From Octopus bimaculoides (Eukaryota): a stretch of DNA of 64,000 bases. The position numbers were made by a program, and so were the translations under genes. Shown in pieces: positions 1 through 11,830 of this stretch; positions within the stretch are counted from its first letter, which is position 1, and the number at the start of each line of letters is the position of its first letter. The notes below the pieces were generated by a model. That model saw only the letters and a list, made by a program, of their open reading frames with translations, was not told where the DNA came from and did no database searches. Location: the NCBI RefSeq assembly GCF_001194135.2, contig NC_068991.1, forward strand, positions 75,414 to 139,413, given 5' to 3'.

Positions 1-159
1 CAGCTGGAACCAGGCATGAGTAAAGGCAGCTAAGCAGTAGAGAACATTAGCTGTAAATACAAAAATGAGGCTGACTATTTCCAAGCTACCCCTTCCTCCT
101 TTCATGTTGAAGTCTTCGCCAGACAATTTCATTTTTAAGTCTTGAATGTCTGTATCCAT
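1..159 (-). CDS. First coding exon (partial, runs off window) of a probable claudin/PMP22-like tetraspan membrane protein
   Basis: ATG at 159-157 opens 53 stop-free codons to base 1: MDTDIQDLKMKLSGEDFNMKGGRGSLEIVSLIFVFTANVLYCLAAFTHAWFQL. It has a hydrophobic helix ending in 'AAFTHAW', like TM1 plus Trp of the PMP22/claudin superfamily. Acceptor ttttgaaAG| at 174-173; in-frame TGA 6 nt upstream of the ATG. Family call is by resemblance only. Confidence 0.55.
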   Translation of the reverse strand, partial: MDTDIQDLKMKLSGEDFNMKGGRGSLEIVSLIFVFTANVLYCLAAFTHAWFQL

Positions 160-1741
160 TTGTCATTGTTTGCTTTCAAAATGCACAAAATGTGGTAACT
201 GAAAGTGTTAATAAAGACAACATTAACCAAGAAGGAAATAAAGTAAGAATAAAACTCAAAGATTACTCAAGTCAAAGAAATTATGAGTATCAACAAATTA
301 CAATTGATAACCTGCTGAGTAAGATAGAAAAGCAATAACAAGACATAAAAACTGTAGTTATATATACACATATGAATGTGACAAATTCTACCCTCAAGCC
401 TTAGATCATACTTTGATCTGTTTTTATTGTTACTAGGTAATTACATTAACTAAATTTAGTTATTACATTTCTGTTGAGTTACTAATACCACGACAATCAG
501 ACACATTCCATTTTAACATCCTTGATTTAATATCTCTATCAAATCTATGAACTTTAGCCTTAACCTGACAAACACCAACCATTTTCATACGATGTATGCA
601 TCTCACTTAATGCATTTTGTACAAATCCAAAACTCTCATCTCAAAAGATATTTCTTTTTCTTCTTTGATGTCCAACCCTATCTCTTCTACCAACCTTGTA
701 CTGACCATTTGTTGAGAGAGCCAACTCTTATTCATAGGGATCCTGCATCCTTACATTTAACATCAGAGTTTAGGTACTTGGTTTCTACTGAGCACTAATT
801 CTATGTACAGATTATCTATATGTCCTTTGACACCTTACCTATCATTTGTGTGTGCGTGTGTGTGCATGCATGTGTCTGCATCTGTGTGTGTGTGTTTGTA
901 CAAGTGAGTTGATATTTCCCCTTGTCTTTGTGTGTCAACTGGTTGTAAATAAAATTTTCATTCAAATGATGTATTTGTTTCCAGGTCTCCGTGTAAGCTT
1001 GTCTGGACTGTTTGTTGTTGAATGGACTTGGATATTATTACTTCACTCAGAAACACATTAGGAGTGGCATCATGAAGGGTGCCCTAACATACTCCTGTCT
1101 GGCCCATGGAAATGTACATGTTAATACAATGATGGTGATCATCAACATTTAATGCTCACGTGGGTCAGATGGAATTTGTCAACACAATATTTCCCCAAGA
1201 CCAAACATGTTTTCCTCAAAAAAAACTGGGAATGAACACTGCTTGCATGACAGTGATGCTCATTTACAACCATCATGTGATGTCAAGACAGGAGTAATAC
1301 ACAATCACAATCACAAACACATCAACATCATTTAACATCTCTTTTTCTGTGCTGGCATGAGTTGGACAGTTTGACAGGATCTGGCAAACTGCAGAAATGT
1401 GGTGCACTCCAACATCAGCTTTGATATGGATTCTACAGTTGGATATGTTTCATAATGCTAACCAATTTATACTATGTACTTGGTGCTTTTTTTTTGTGAC
1501 ATCAGCACTAGTGATTTCCGCAGAAGCTGCATTTGCCAGCATATAAGGTACAGCCTCACATAAGATGCACCCCAATTTCTTAAATATTTTGTGGAAAAAA
1601 CAATGTTTGATCATACACTCACATTTTCAATTGGTTTTGTTAGGGAAAATGAGGGATTTAGTTCATATGAAAACAATATTGTGACAGTATACTTGGATAA
1701 AATATAAATCTGCATATTTCTGGAGAGAGTTCAGAATGCTC

Positions 1742-2040
1742 TTCATCATCATCATTGTCATTTAACATCCGCCTTCCATGCTGGCATGGATTGGACAGTT
1801 TGACTGAGGGCTGGCAAGCCAGAAGGCTGCACCAGGCTCTAATCTGATCTGGCAAAGTTTCTATATCTCGATGCCCTTCCTAACACCAACCACTCTGAGA
1901 GTGTAGTGGGTACTTTTTACATGCCACCGGCATGAGGGCCGATCAGGCAGTACTAGCAACGACCATGCTCAAATGGTGCTTTTTACGTGCCACCAGCACG
2001 GGAACTAGTCAGGCAACGATCATGCTTGAATGGTGCTTTT
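1742..2040 (-). mobile_element. RTE 3'-end copy (further short copies at about 3290, 17690, 20420, 29357, 31983, 45225, 62897)
   Basis: catcatcatc...tttaacatccgccttccatgctggcatgg...gatgcccttcctaacaccaaccactc. Confidence 0.75.
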
Positions 2041-4185
2041 TATGAGCCAGTAAATAGCAAAGAGCCTTTCCACTAGAGTAAAAGGCAGATTATATGATGC
2101 TTGTATAAACAACTATGCTACATAGTAATGAGAACACACAAAAGTGGAAAGAAATGAAGCCAACATACTCTGTTGATGTACACTGTCAATGTGTATGTAC
2201 AACAAAATGTAAATGTGTTGAGAGAAAAATTAGACATAAGAGGTATCAAATGTTGTGTGCAAGAGAGGACACTGCATTGGTATGATCATGTGATGTGTAT
2301 GGATGAAGACAATAGATCACTAAATGTGAACAGGATCTATGGAAGAAGAAGACCAGGGAGGTGTGGAATAAAGTGGTGAAAAATTACCTCCAGATGTTAA
2401 GCTTCACAGAGGAGATGACAAAGGACCATGATTGACAATTTTCTGTGCTTGAGAAAACTCATCCAGAAAAGCAAAACTTTGTCATCTCTTGTATGAGGCT
2501 CAACATCTTTAGATCAGCCATCACCACTTCATCCCAACTCTTCCTGGGTCTCTGGTCATGTGATGCATACAGATGAGAACAGCTGCATAAAGAAGTGTTG
2601 ATTGCCGAAGTGGATGGAACTTATGGAAGAGGGAGTCCCAGGAAGATGTAGGATGAAGTGGTGAGGGCTGATCTCAAGATGTTGAGCCTCATGCAGGAGA
2701 TGAGAATGGGCCAGGAAGTCTGGTGATACAAAGTTCTTGAGGAAACCCATCTGCTTCGGCATTACACTGACTCAACACCAACCAAGAAACTAAACTACCT
2801 CTCCTCCATGCCCCTGCAGCTTAACCCCACCTTGTCATTCCTCACTCTTCACAACTGTATCATTACTATCCTGACATTCTCCCTGCAACCTTCATCTCCC
2901 TTCTCTCCAATTCATACCTCATCAGTTATAACCCTTTACCTTGCCAAACTTCTTTTACCGCTGCAGGCTGCCTCCCCACACAGTCTTGCAATAGCCCTCC
3001 CCATCCACTCCTACTTACCTTATGCCTTGAGGAGTCACCTGGACACTTCATCTATTTATTTCTTCACAGCTTCTACTGATCACTCTCACCCTCCCCTAAA
3101 TATAAGTAACCATGCACCTCTTCTACAAGAACCTGCTCTCTGCACTCTCTTCTCTCATACTCTAACTCTTCCTCCCCTGATATAAAACTGACTCCAGCTC
3201 CCTCAGGATTCATAGTCTTGCAAGCTACATGGCAACTTCAACAGTGCTAGTGCCATGAAAAGGGCATCCAGTACTTATTGTAAAGTAGGTGGCATTACGA
3301 AGGGCATCCAGTAGTAGAAACCCTACCAAAGCAGACATGGAGCATAATGCAGTCCTTGGGCCCATAAGATCCACTCAAACCATCCAAACATACCAATACG
3401 GACATTAAATGATGATGATGATGACGATGATAGCACATACACAAAAGAAGATTTGCAAAAATTAGAACTAAATGATGCAAACATGTTGGATATTTACCAA
3501 TGAGCTGAGAGGAAACTGAAATACAAGAAGAATCAGATGAAGAATGCAAGAGAGACGACTGGCCTGGTATAGACATGAAATTCATGAGGATGATCACAGC
3601 AGCATAAAGAAGTGCCAGGTGCATGAAATGGAGGGGTTCTGCAAGAAAGGAAGACCTAGGAAGACATGGAACTAAATAGTGAAAACTGATCTCAAAAGAA
3701 CACACAAAGATAACAAAGAACTATGAAGATTGATGATAAGCAATGCTGGAGACGGTCACACCCATGCAAGCTCCCTGCAACATTTCATCAATATTTTTTC
3801 AAATCTCCATTTTCAGCCCTCTCTCTTAATCACCAAGTTCGCTAAGTAAAGAAAAATGACATTGGCTTAGTCCATATTCAAGCCCCTTTTCTCCCTATCA
3901 TTAATCTACATTTCTATCTCCGATCAAGATGCCTGTAAAGAAGAACCGCTTCCGATCAGGGTCCACACCACCGTCACCATTCTGCATCGCTTACAATCAC
4001 TCCCTTTCCCTCGTTATTGACGTTTGTCACTTTTACCATTGCCCTTGTAATTTAACGGAATTTGGCTGCTATTTCTAATGGGACTCGCGAAAATAGGGAG
4101 TAGAACTATTGTTTGACCATTTGAAAATATTTTAGTTACAAATGTTCAAATTAACAAGATTAAAGACGTTTTCATAACATTAATA

Positions 4186-4290
4186 GGCGAAGGTAAAGAA
4201 TACGCACACCACCCGTTTTCGGGGGTTAGGATTAGGATAGATTTAGAGTTAGGGTTACACCGAAAACGGGTGGTATGCGTATTCTTCGCC
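4186..4290. repeat. Short inverted-repeat element with TTAGGG-like spacer
   Basis: aagaatacgcacaccacccgttttcgg (4196-4222) pairs with ccgaaaacgggtggtatgcgtattctt (4260-4286) with 1 mismatch. Spacer is gggttaggattaggatagatttagagttagggtta. The left arm recurs identically (32 bp) at 15626-15657. Confidence 0.8.
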
Positions 4291-4795
4291 TCCACCACAT
4301 TAACATTGTATATAATATACAATACATTATAGGATTAATAGTTAGTGAAGGACGCACCAAAAACCCGATCTAATTTCGATCATCCCTGGTTTAAAACGTC
4401 TTATAACAAACGAAAGGTGGAAATGTAAATCGTCTGCTGGTGAAAATACCGAAACTATTTTGATGAAAAGTAGAAATAAGTGCACACACTTTGGACTTTC
4501 AACTCTATATGTTCCTAGAGGATATAGTTTATCTACAGTGTTGATATGGTATAATACAGTGATGATTACAGTCGTGTTGTGGCCCCAAACTAATGAAATC
4601 AGTGGTTCCTGACAGGATTGAGGTGGAGGAGCTGTAATTTATATCATTGAACAGAGACACAACGTAGAGCAGAACACAAAATACTAACAAAACATTGACT
4701 ATCTGACATATAATGTTTCTATAAGATTATCAAAAGTTTCTCCGCTTAAAAGTAAACGAAACAAGTTTAAAACCAAGAAATGCAAATATTTTTAC

Positions 4796-5200
4796 CTGAA
4801 CTGTCCCAACATGGAGGAGCGACAGGGGCAGATAACTGAGACGGAAGGGCAGATAACTAAGACAACTTCCAGCCTGGCTGACTGTCACAACTGAGGACAA
4901 TACTTGTTCATAGTTGTTACCATTAGCCTACCGTGGCAATGCCAACCCATTTAGCTATGCCAATTTCATCTCTTGCAGCCACCTTTCATGAAATTTATTA
5001 GGACAGCACCTCCCTCTATATCCTCTTCCTCCTCTCTGAGAGGTACTTGAAGAAGTTGATGAGAGATTGTTCTGAGAGGAAAAGCTCTTTTCAGACCTTT
5101 CAACCACATCAAACCTACAACTTCCTTTGCTATAACCATCAGACAGAGGAAGACAACCGACATTTCCTTGCCGAATGAACAGTGATTCGATATTAGACTC
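4796..5200 (-). other. Probable 5'UTR exon of the left-edge minus-strand gene (left boundary firm, right boundary uncertain)
   Basis: Donor TTCAG|GTAAAA at 4795. The segment is richer in GC than its flanks and contains only short ORFs. Further minus-strand donors occur at about 5634 (CTG|GTAAGC) and 5935 (CCG|GTAAGA). Confidence 0.35.
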
Positions 5201-5935
5201 GGTCAACAGTTAGATCCGTCCCACATATAATAACAACTATTCGACATAAACCCACATAATGCACTAACACTGAACGAGTTCGTAATAGTCAATTTCGTCG
5301 GCCTGTGTGTATCACGTACATGTTCGCTTGTCAACAGCTCTAAACATGGCCATGACTGTAGAGTTTATTCCGAACAATATTTCCCATCCGTGGCACTGCC
5401 AGACAAAAGACTTCCCAATACTTGATTTTAAAGTTTTCAAATAGAGACTACCCGGACGATCTCAGGTCATCATTGCTAATATTATCCACTAACTCTCTAT
5501 AGAATGCCACCAACTTTTTGACCCAAATGATACGATTGCAGTTAGAAAGATGAGTTAGGTAAGAAACAAAAAATGGGTTGCATGAACAGCAATGACACTT
5601 ATTCCCTGTTACGTACAGTGTCTTATCAGCTTACCAGCCGCATCAGCCCGTTTCTTTATACTAATCGTTTGAAACAGACAGGATTCCTGACAATTGCTCC
5701 TTCCACAAGAAGCGAACGAGCAGGGGTGTAGTTATGCCGTTAATTATATGCCCAGTCCAACATTGTAATGTGATGTTAAGTCTTTTAATGTCCATAAAAT
5801 CTCATTATTTCATTTACCTCATGTGCTATTATTGTCTCGACATGAATAACATAAAATACACGATGCTCTAGTTAATGATGATAATGAGAGTGTGTGGCTA
5901 AAAATTATAGAGCTAAAGAAATAATCCTATCTTAC

Positions 5936-6013
5936 CGGCGCGTGCGCGAGCGCAGATCAAAAAATCTAAGGGAGGCTACCGCTGAGGTGAGAGTTAGCAG
6001 TCGACAGGAAGTG
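5936..6013. promoter_or_regulatory. CpG-rich putative bidirectional promoter (VIPAS39 / left-edge gene)
   Basis: GGCGCGTGCGCGAGCGC (NRF1-like) at about 5937-5953 and CAGGAAGTG (ETS-like) at 6005-6013. Outward-pointing splice donors flank it at 5935 (-) and 5987 (+). Confidence 0.5.
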
Positions 6014-6177
6014 ATGTCATTGACGTTGTCTTTCTCTCCAAGTTGAGGGAAGAACCACTCCCACTGGTCTTATGCGCTTTACTTTCCTATACACGGTACT
6101 GAATTGTTTACAGTCGTCTCTTTTGTCCAAGCCGGATAATTTGAATTCAGTTGTATCTACACAGGTATATTTCGCCG

Positions 6178-7896
6178 ATGTCAACTTACCTGAACAGCGG
6201 CCGGAGCCGCCAAAACACAATCGACGGCGACGATTTCTGGGCCGTGTCACAAATTGAACGTTCAGCCATCAAGTTTAATTTATTCGATGATGATATCTCT
6301 GTTGACAACGCATCAGATTTTGCTTCAAAGATCCTTTCATGTAGAGATGAAGAAGATGAAGTAAGTGAAAGTCTTGCTTCTCTCATAGACTGTGAAACTG
6401 CAACAACACCTGGAGACCACCCACTGGCACATGCTAAAAATCTGAGTTTAAAATCAAACCAGGCGAATCTTATATCGAGAACAGGCACACCAGCGAAACC
6501 CTCGAATTTACCAGGTAGCAATCAACATTGTTCATCTTCTCCTTCGACTCCAGCTACTGAGTCAAATAGCAGCAGTTTGCAACAAACAGGATCATCTTCC
6601 TATGGTCACGGCCGATCAAAAAGCGATACAACCAGTGCTATTCTACCTGATCCACACGCCAATACGAGGCGAGGTAGTCAACACACCTCTAGCCAAACAT
6701 TCCCTAAGCCTGGCTTCAGTTCTGCAGATTCTAACTTAAGTATAGATGATGTAATCGAAAAATCTGTTCCCAAAACAGCGTCTTCGTCATCCCTCCATAA
6801 ACTTGAAGCCGAGGTAATTTCTTTAAAACACTCACTAAGGACAGCTGATCGTGAAAAGTGGTTAAAACCTCCGATTTCTGAGACCCTCAAAAGAATTCGA
6901 GATGGTGAAGTCCACTCTGGCATTAATATGTACCGAACGCGTGAAGACAAGGTAGAGATTTTAAATAAAGCTACTGAAAGTCATGATGGTAACATAATTA
7001 TTACAGTTGTCCTATTTCTTCGCCAGACACTCAAAGACAGTATATTCCATGACATTCTCAAGAGCCATCCCATTGCTGCTAATCATTACACCAGTCATAT
7101 GCGGGCTCTGAAGAATTACTCTGAACTGATATGTTTTTTAAAAGGAATGGATATGCACGAGGAAGCTGCTATGACCATGTATAAGCAAGCAATCAGCTGT
7201 AAGGATTTAGCCAATAAGTTTAGCAGCCTCAAAAAATGTCTGCAAGAATACAAATCCAGTTACCCAGGTATGTCAACAGAACTTTGGTTGATTGAAAGTC
7301 AACTTGCACTTTTAGAATGGCAAAATACTGTTGAAAGTATGGATAAAAGTGACCAACGTAACACCATTTTACAAAAAATCCCACCTACAAAACCTCTCGT
7401 TGATACATCTGTGATTTATTCTTTATATTATAGTGCTTTGTATCATTACAATGACAAAGAAGCAGAATTTGCCTCACCAAATATCTTGCGCAACAAACAC
7501 CAATTAACAGAAAAACAGTTTTTATGGACAACTTTAACTGCCAGGGCTTACTTGAAAGCCTGGCCTAGCATTGAAGATATGTTAACAACAAAAGGTAATA
7601 TTTTCAGTGGCAAGAGACTTAGGGCAGTGATAGGACTTGATAAAGTTGCAGAACTATTGTATCAGTTCGGAGCAGAGGAGGCTGACATTAAAAAATACCT
7701 GTTGGCCATGAACGACAATGAAAAGTGTTTGCAACTTTCTCAAAAACTAAAATGTTATGAGACTTTCATTGAAACATGTGTTGCAATGAAAGATCGCCGA
7801 GAGCTGGAAATATTTGCTCAGAAATTTTCAGCAAATGCTGAGTTACATCAGAAAGCCATAGATGCTCTGAACACATCAACCATCAAATGGAAATGA
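6178..7896 (+). CDS. VIPAS39: Spermatogenesis-defective protein 39 homolog (VPS33B-interacting protein), 572 aa, single coding exon
   Basis: Recognisable motifs: DDFW...FNLFDDD N-terminus; SHDGNIIITVVLFLRQTL; SLYYSALYHY; QLTEKQFLWTTLTARA..KAW; IGLDKVAELL; C-terminal STIKWK. The ORF-track start is TTG at 6151; first ATG is 6178. Probable 5'UTR intron 5987-6164 (GTGAGA...ACACAG). Confidence 0.93.
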   Translation: MSTYLNSGRSRQNTIDGDDFWAVSQIERSAIKFNLFDDDISVDNASDFASKILSCRDEEDEVSESLASLIDCETATTPGDHPLAHAKNLSLKSNQANLISRTGTPAKPSNLPGSNQHCSSSPSTPATESNSSSLQQTGSSSYGHGRSKSDTTSAILPDPHANTRRGSQHTSSQTFPKPGFSSADSNLSIDDVIEKSVPKTASSSSLHKLEAEVISLKHSLRTADREKWLKPPISETLKRIRDGEVHSGINMYRTREDKVEILNKATESHDGNIIITVVLFLRQTLKDSIFHDILKSHPIAANHYTSHMRALKNYSELICFLKGMDMHEEAAMTMYKQAISCKDLANKFSSLKKCLQEYKSSYPGMSTELWLIESQLALLEWQNTVESMDKSDQRNTILQKIPPTKPLVDTSVIYSLYYSALYHYNDKEAEFASPNILRNKHQLTEKQFLWTTLTARAYLKAWPSIEDMLTTKGNIFSGKRLRAVIGLDKVAELLYQFGAEEADIKKYLLAMNDNEKCLQLSQKLKCYETFIETCVAMKDRRELEIFAQKFSANAELHQKAIDALNTSTIKWK

Positions 7897-8238
7897 AAAA
7901 CTGTTCTTAAACTTTCTCTATTGATGAAATATATATATACATACATATACTATATGTGTGTGTGAATGCCCAGTTGTTATAGCCATTCTAATGTGTATAT
8001 AAATATGTACATAAATATTGATTACTTAAAACTTCACATGTTCAATATTTTTATTTCTATTATTTTATTTCTACTTGAACAAATTATTAGTTTAATATGT
8101 CAGCTGCTTTAAAAAAAACTCACTTGCAAGATCTCTGCAAGGGTAGCTACCTTCTTGCCACTAGTTTTTGAAATCCTAAAAAAAGTAGAGGTGTAACTCT
8201 TCAATGACTTGATCACGAAAAGAAAAAATTTCTATAAA

Positions 8239-8296
<58 letters not shown>

Positions 8297-8364
8297 TATA
8301 TATACATATAGTCATGCATGCATATATATATATATATATATAACACAACCCCACCATTTACTGA

Positions 8365-8399
<35 letters not shown>

Positions 8400-8528
8400 T
8401 GTCTCGGTGGTCTTGTGGGTAAAGGCATATGTAGACACCAATAACATTCTCACGGTGGTGCACCAGCATGACCGCAGCCACTTGGCTGAAACACATAAAT
8501 AAATAAATAAATAAATGTATATGCATAT

Positions 8529-8909
8529 NNNNNNNNNNNNNNNNNNNNNNNNNNNNNNNNNNNNNNNNNNNNNNNNNNNNNNNNNNNNNNNNNNNNNNNN
8601 NNNNNNNNNNNNNNNNNNNNNNNNNNNNNNNNNNNNNNNNNNNNNNNNNNNNNNNNNNNNNNNNNNNNNNNNNNNNNNNNNNNNNNNNNNNNNNNNNNNN
8701 NNNNNNNNNNNNNNNNNNNNNNNNNNNNNNNNNNNNNNNNNNNNNNNNNNNNNNNNNNNNNNNNNNNNNNNNNNNNNNNNNNNNNNNNNNNNNNNNNNNN
8801 NNNNNNNNNNNNNNNNNNNNNNNNNNNNNNNNNNNNNNNNNNNNNNNNNNNNNNNNNNNNNNNNNNNNNNNNNNNNNNNNNNNNNNNNNNNNNNNNNNNN
8901 NNNNNNNNN
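8529..8909. other. Assembly gap (N run) next to (TA)n and SINE sequence
   Basis: Run of N. Other gaps lie at 30251-30260, 38811-38820 and 41307-41353. Confidence 0.99.
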
Positions 8910-9050
8910 CGTAACTTAGCGGTTCGGCAAAAGAGATCAATAGAATAAGTACTAGGCTTCCAAAGAATAAGTCCTGGGGTCGATTTGCTCGACTAAAGGT
9001 GGTGCTCCAGCATGGCCACAGTCAAAAGACTGAAACAAGTAAAAGAGTAA
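8910..9050 (+). mobile_element. 3' half of tRNA-derived SINE (same family as 25506-25928)
   Basis: gtaacttagcggttcggcaaaagag...ggggtcgatttgctcgactaaagg...gactgaaacaagtaaaagagt is the reverse complement of the tail of the full-length copy; the 5' part is lost in the gap. Confidence 0.8.
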
Positions 9051-9249
9051 TACATATGCATACATATATATATACACATATATGTACATACATATATGTT
9101 CACATACATATACATATATATACACACACACACATATATATACATATATATATCATCAGGTGGTGCTATTAAGTTAGACATGGCCTGGACCAATCTTTGG
9201 TCGAAACATATCTAAGTTTTTTATCTAAGTTTATGCATATATATTTATA

Positions 9250-11130
9250 TTTAAGAGAGGAATATGTTCGCATGGATGATGGTTCACTTGCATTAAACAA
9301 GGCTGCAAATAGAGAGGTTTGGAGATGCCACTATGAAAGGTTGTTAAATAAAGAAAATGAATGGGAGAAAGAGAGTCTGCCGAATGCCAACCCAACAGAG
9401 GGACCAGCTATCTGAATTGACAGTACCTTGGTAGATAAGGCAATTAAGGGCATGAAGACAGGGAAAGCCCCCGACCCATCAGGAATCACCGCAGAGATGC
9501 TCAAACTATCTGGCAGTGTTTGCTATAGCCTAGTTACCCGTATAGTCAACCAGGTGATACATGAAGGAGTCATACCCAATGACTGGTGTAGCAGCACCAT
9601 AGTCAACTGCTACAAAGGTAAAGGTGACGTATTAAATAGGAATAATTACAGAGGTATCAAGTTGTTGGATCAGGTAATGAAAGTCACGGAGAGGGTCATA
9701 GCCCAATTAATTGGAGAGAAAGTCATCCTGGATTAGATGCAGTTTGGGTTCGTGTCAAGTAAGAGCACCACTGATGCTATATTTCTGGTAAGACAGCTGC
9801 AGGAGAAATACCTAGCCAAAGATAAACCTCTGTACCTGGCTTTCGTTGACATGGAGAAAGCCTTTGACAGGGTCCCCTGATCCCTTACCTGGTGGTCAAT
9901 GAGGAAACTAGGGATAAATGAATGGTTAGTGAGAGCTGTCCAAGCCATGTACAGGGATGCTGTCAGTAAGGTGAGGGTAGGCAACGAGTACAGTGAAGAA
10001 TTCTGGGTAGGGGTACCCCAAAGATCTGTTCTCAGCCCCCTCATATTCATCATAATCCTCCTGGCAATAACACAGGAATTCAAGACAGGATGCTCCTGGG
10101 AGCTCCTCTATGCTGATGCCCTTGCTTTAATTGCTGAGTCATTATCAGAACTAGAGAAGTTTTAGGTGTGGAAGCAAGGATTAGAATTGAAGGGCCTTAG
10201 AGTCAACCTAGCTAAAACCAAAGTCTTAATAAGTAGGAAGGCAGACAAACCACGAATCCCTTCAGGCAGATGGCCCTGCTTGATGTGTACAAAAGGCATA
10301 GGTAGAAACTCCATAAGATGTACCCAGTGTAAGCCATGGACACACAAGAGGTGTAGTAATATCAAAGGAAGGCTAACTGGGAAGATAGTTTTTGTATGTG
10401 GCAGATGCTCAGGAGTAATAAACACTGAAAATGTGCAGAGAACAACTTGTGTCACATTCCAGGGAGAAAAACTAGAAGTAGTTGATAGCTTCCGTTACCT
10501 AGGTGACCAAGTCAGTAGCAGGGGAGGGTGCACTGAAAGTGTAGCTGCTAGAATAAGAAAAGCCTGGGCAAAGTTCAGAGAGCTCCTACCTCTGCTCTGC
10601 TGGTGACAAAGGGTCTATCGCTCAGATTAAAAGGTAGAGACTGTGGCGCGTGTCTACGAACAGCCATGCTACATGGCAGTAAAACATGAGCCGTGACTAC
10701 TGAGGACATGCATAAGCTCGCAAGGAATGAAGCCAGTATGCTCTGATGGATGTGTAATGTCAGCGTGCATACTAGACAGAGTGTAAGCGCCCTGAGAGAA
10801 AAGTTGGACTTAAAAAGCCTCAGATGTGGTGTTCAAGAGAGACAACTGCACTGGTATGGTCATGTGTTGCGAATGGATGAGGATAACTGTGTGAAAAAGT
10901 GTCACACCCTAGCAGTTGCTTGAGAAGACCCATCAAGTCAAGTGAGACCGTAACCCATGACCTATGCCACTTATGAGTACCCTTAATTCATTGTACAATA
11001 AACCTTGCTTGCGAAGACCTGTTGAGGTAAGTGAAATCGAAATCACTGATGTGGCCAATGACAGTACCACCTGATTGGCACCCGTGCCTGTGGAATGTTA
11101 AAAGCACCATCCAAGCATGATCGTTGCCAG
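9250..11130 (+). mobile_element. 5'-truncated, degenerate RTE-clade LINE (RT domain, PHD-like finger, 3' UTR)
   Basis: Broken frames give KAPDPSGITAEMLK, NYRGIKLL, QFGF...STTDAIF, AFVDMEKAFDRV, GVPQRSVLSP, LLYAD, KGLRVNLAKTKV, FRYLGD, LRWYGHV. In-frame stops at about 9413, 9734, 9878 and 10163. Confidence 0.9.
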
Positions 11131-11131
<1 letters not shown>

Positions 11132-11189
<58 letters not shown>

Positions 11190-11611
11190 CATACATACAA
11201 TATTAGATATGTACATATATACACAAGGGTACTACATGAGTACCTATATCGCTAAAGATAGAAGTCAAAAAATACTTCTGAACCACCGAATAGTCACAAA
11301 TCTATTACAGACATGAGAGGCAAAAATATCAGTGAACAATAACCCTAATCTTAACCCAGTAGAGGTAAGACATTATTATTGTTCACTGATATTTTTGCCT
11401 CTCATGTCTGTAATAGATTTGTGACTATTCGGTGGTTCAGAAGTATTTTTTTACTTCTATCTTTAGCGATATAGGTACTCATGTAGTACCCTTGTGTATA
11501 TATGTACATATCTAATATTGTATGTATATATTTTATTAATATGCCTGTACGGCCGCTAATTCGCTTGCCACTTGTGATGGTATTTTAATAATACCATCCC
11601 TATATTTATTT

Positions 11612-11709
<98 letters not shown>

Positions 11710-11830
11710 ATATATATATATACATACTTATATGTATGTACATACCTATATGTATGTACATATATATATATATATATATACATACCTATATGTATGTACA
11801 TATATACACACACACACACACACATACATA
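11132..11830. repeat. (TA)n/(CA)n microsatellite clusters (representative; many more across the window)
   Basis: Long (TA)n at about 11132-11182 and 11620-11790. Similar tracts at about 8240-8400, 14560, 25730, 34145, 52085, 53505 and 61010. Confidence 0.9.
11191..11527. repeat. Fold-back element: 152-bp inverted arms (1 mismatch) with a 33-bp spacer
   Basis: Arm 11191-11342 is the reverse complement of 11376-11527. Spacer 11343-11375 carries telomere-like hexamers (aaccctaatcttaaccc from 11341). Confidence 0.9.

Noticed and set aside
4955-5206. 83-aa ORF with a Ser-rich/RGG segment as a coding exon
   Set aside because: It begins at TTG just after a stop, ends before the exon's donor, and has no recognisable family; more likely 5'UTR.
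6151-6177. ORF-track N-terminus MYLHRYISP of VIPAS39
   Set aside because: It starts at TTG and spans a probable splice acceptor at 6164; the first ATG is 6178.
8176-8940. Long ORFs over N gaps and YIYI/VCVC ORFs across the window
   Set aside because: These are artefacts of N runs and (TA)n/(CA)n/(CT)n microsatellites.
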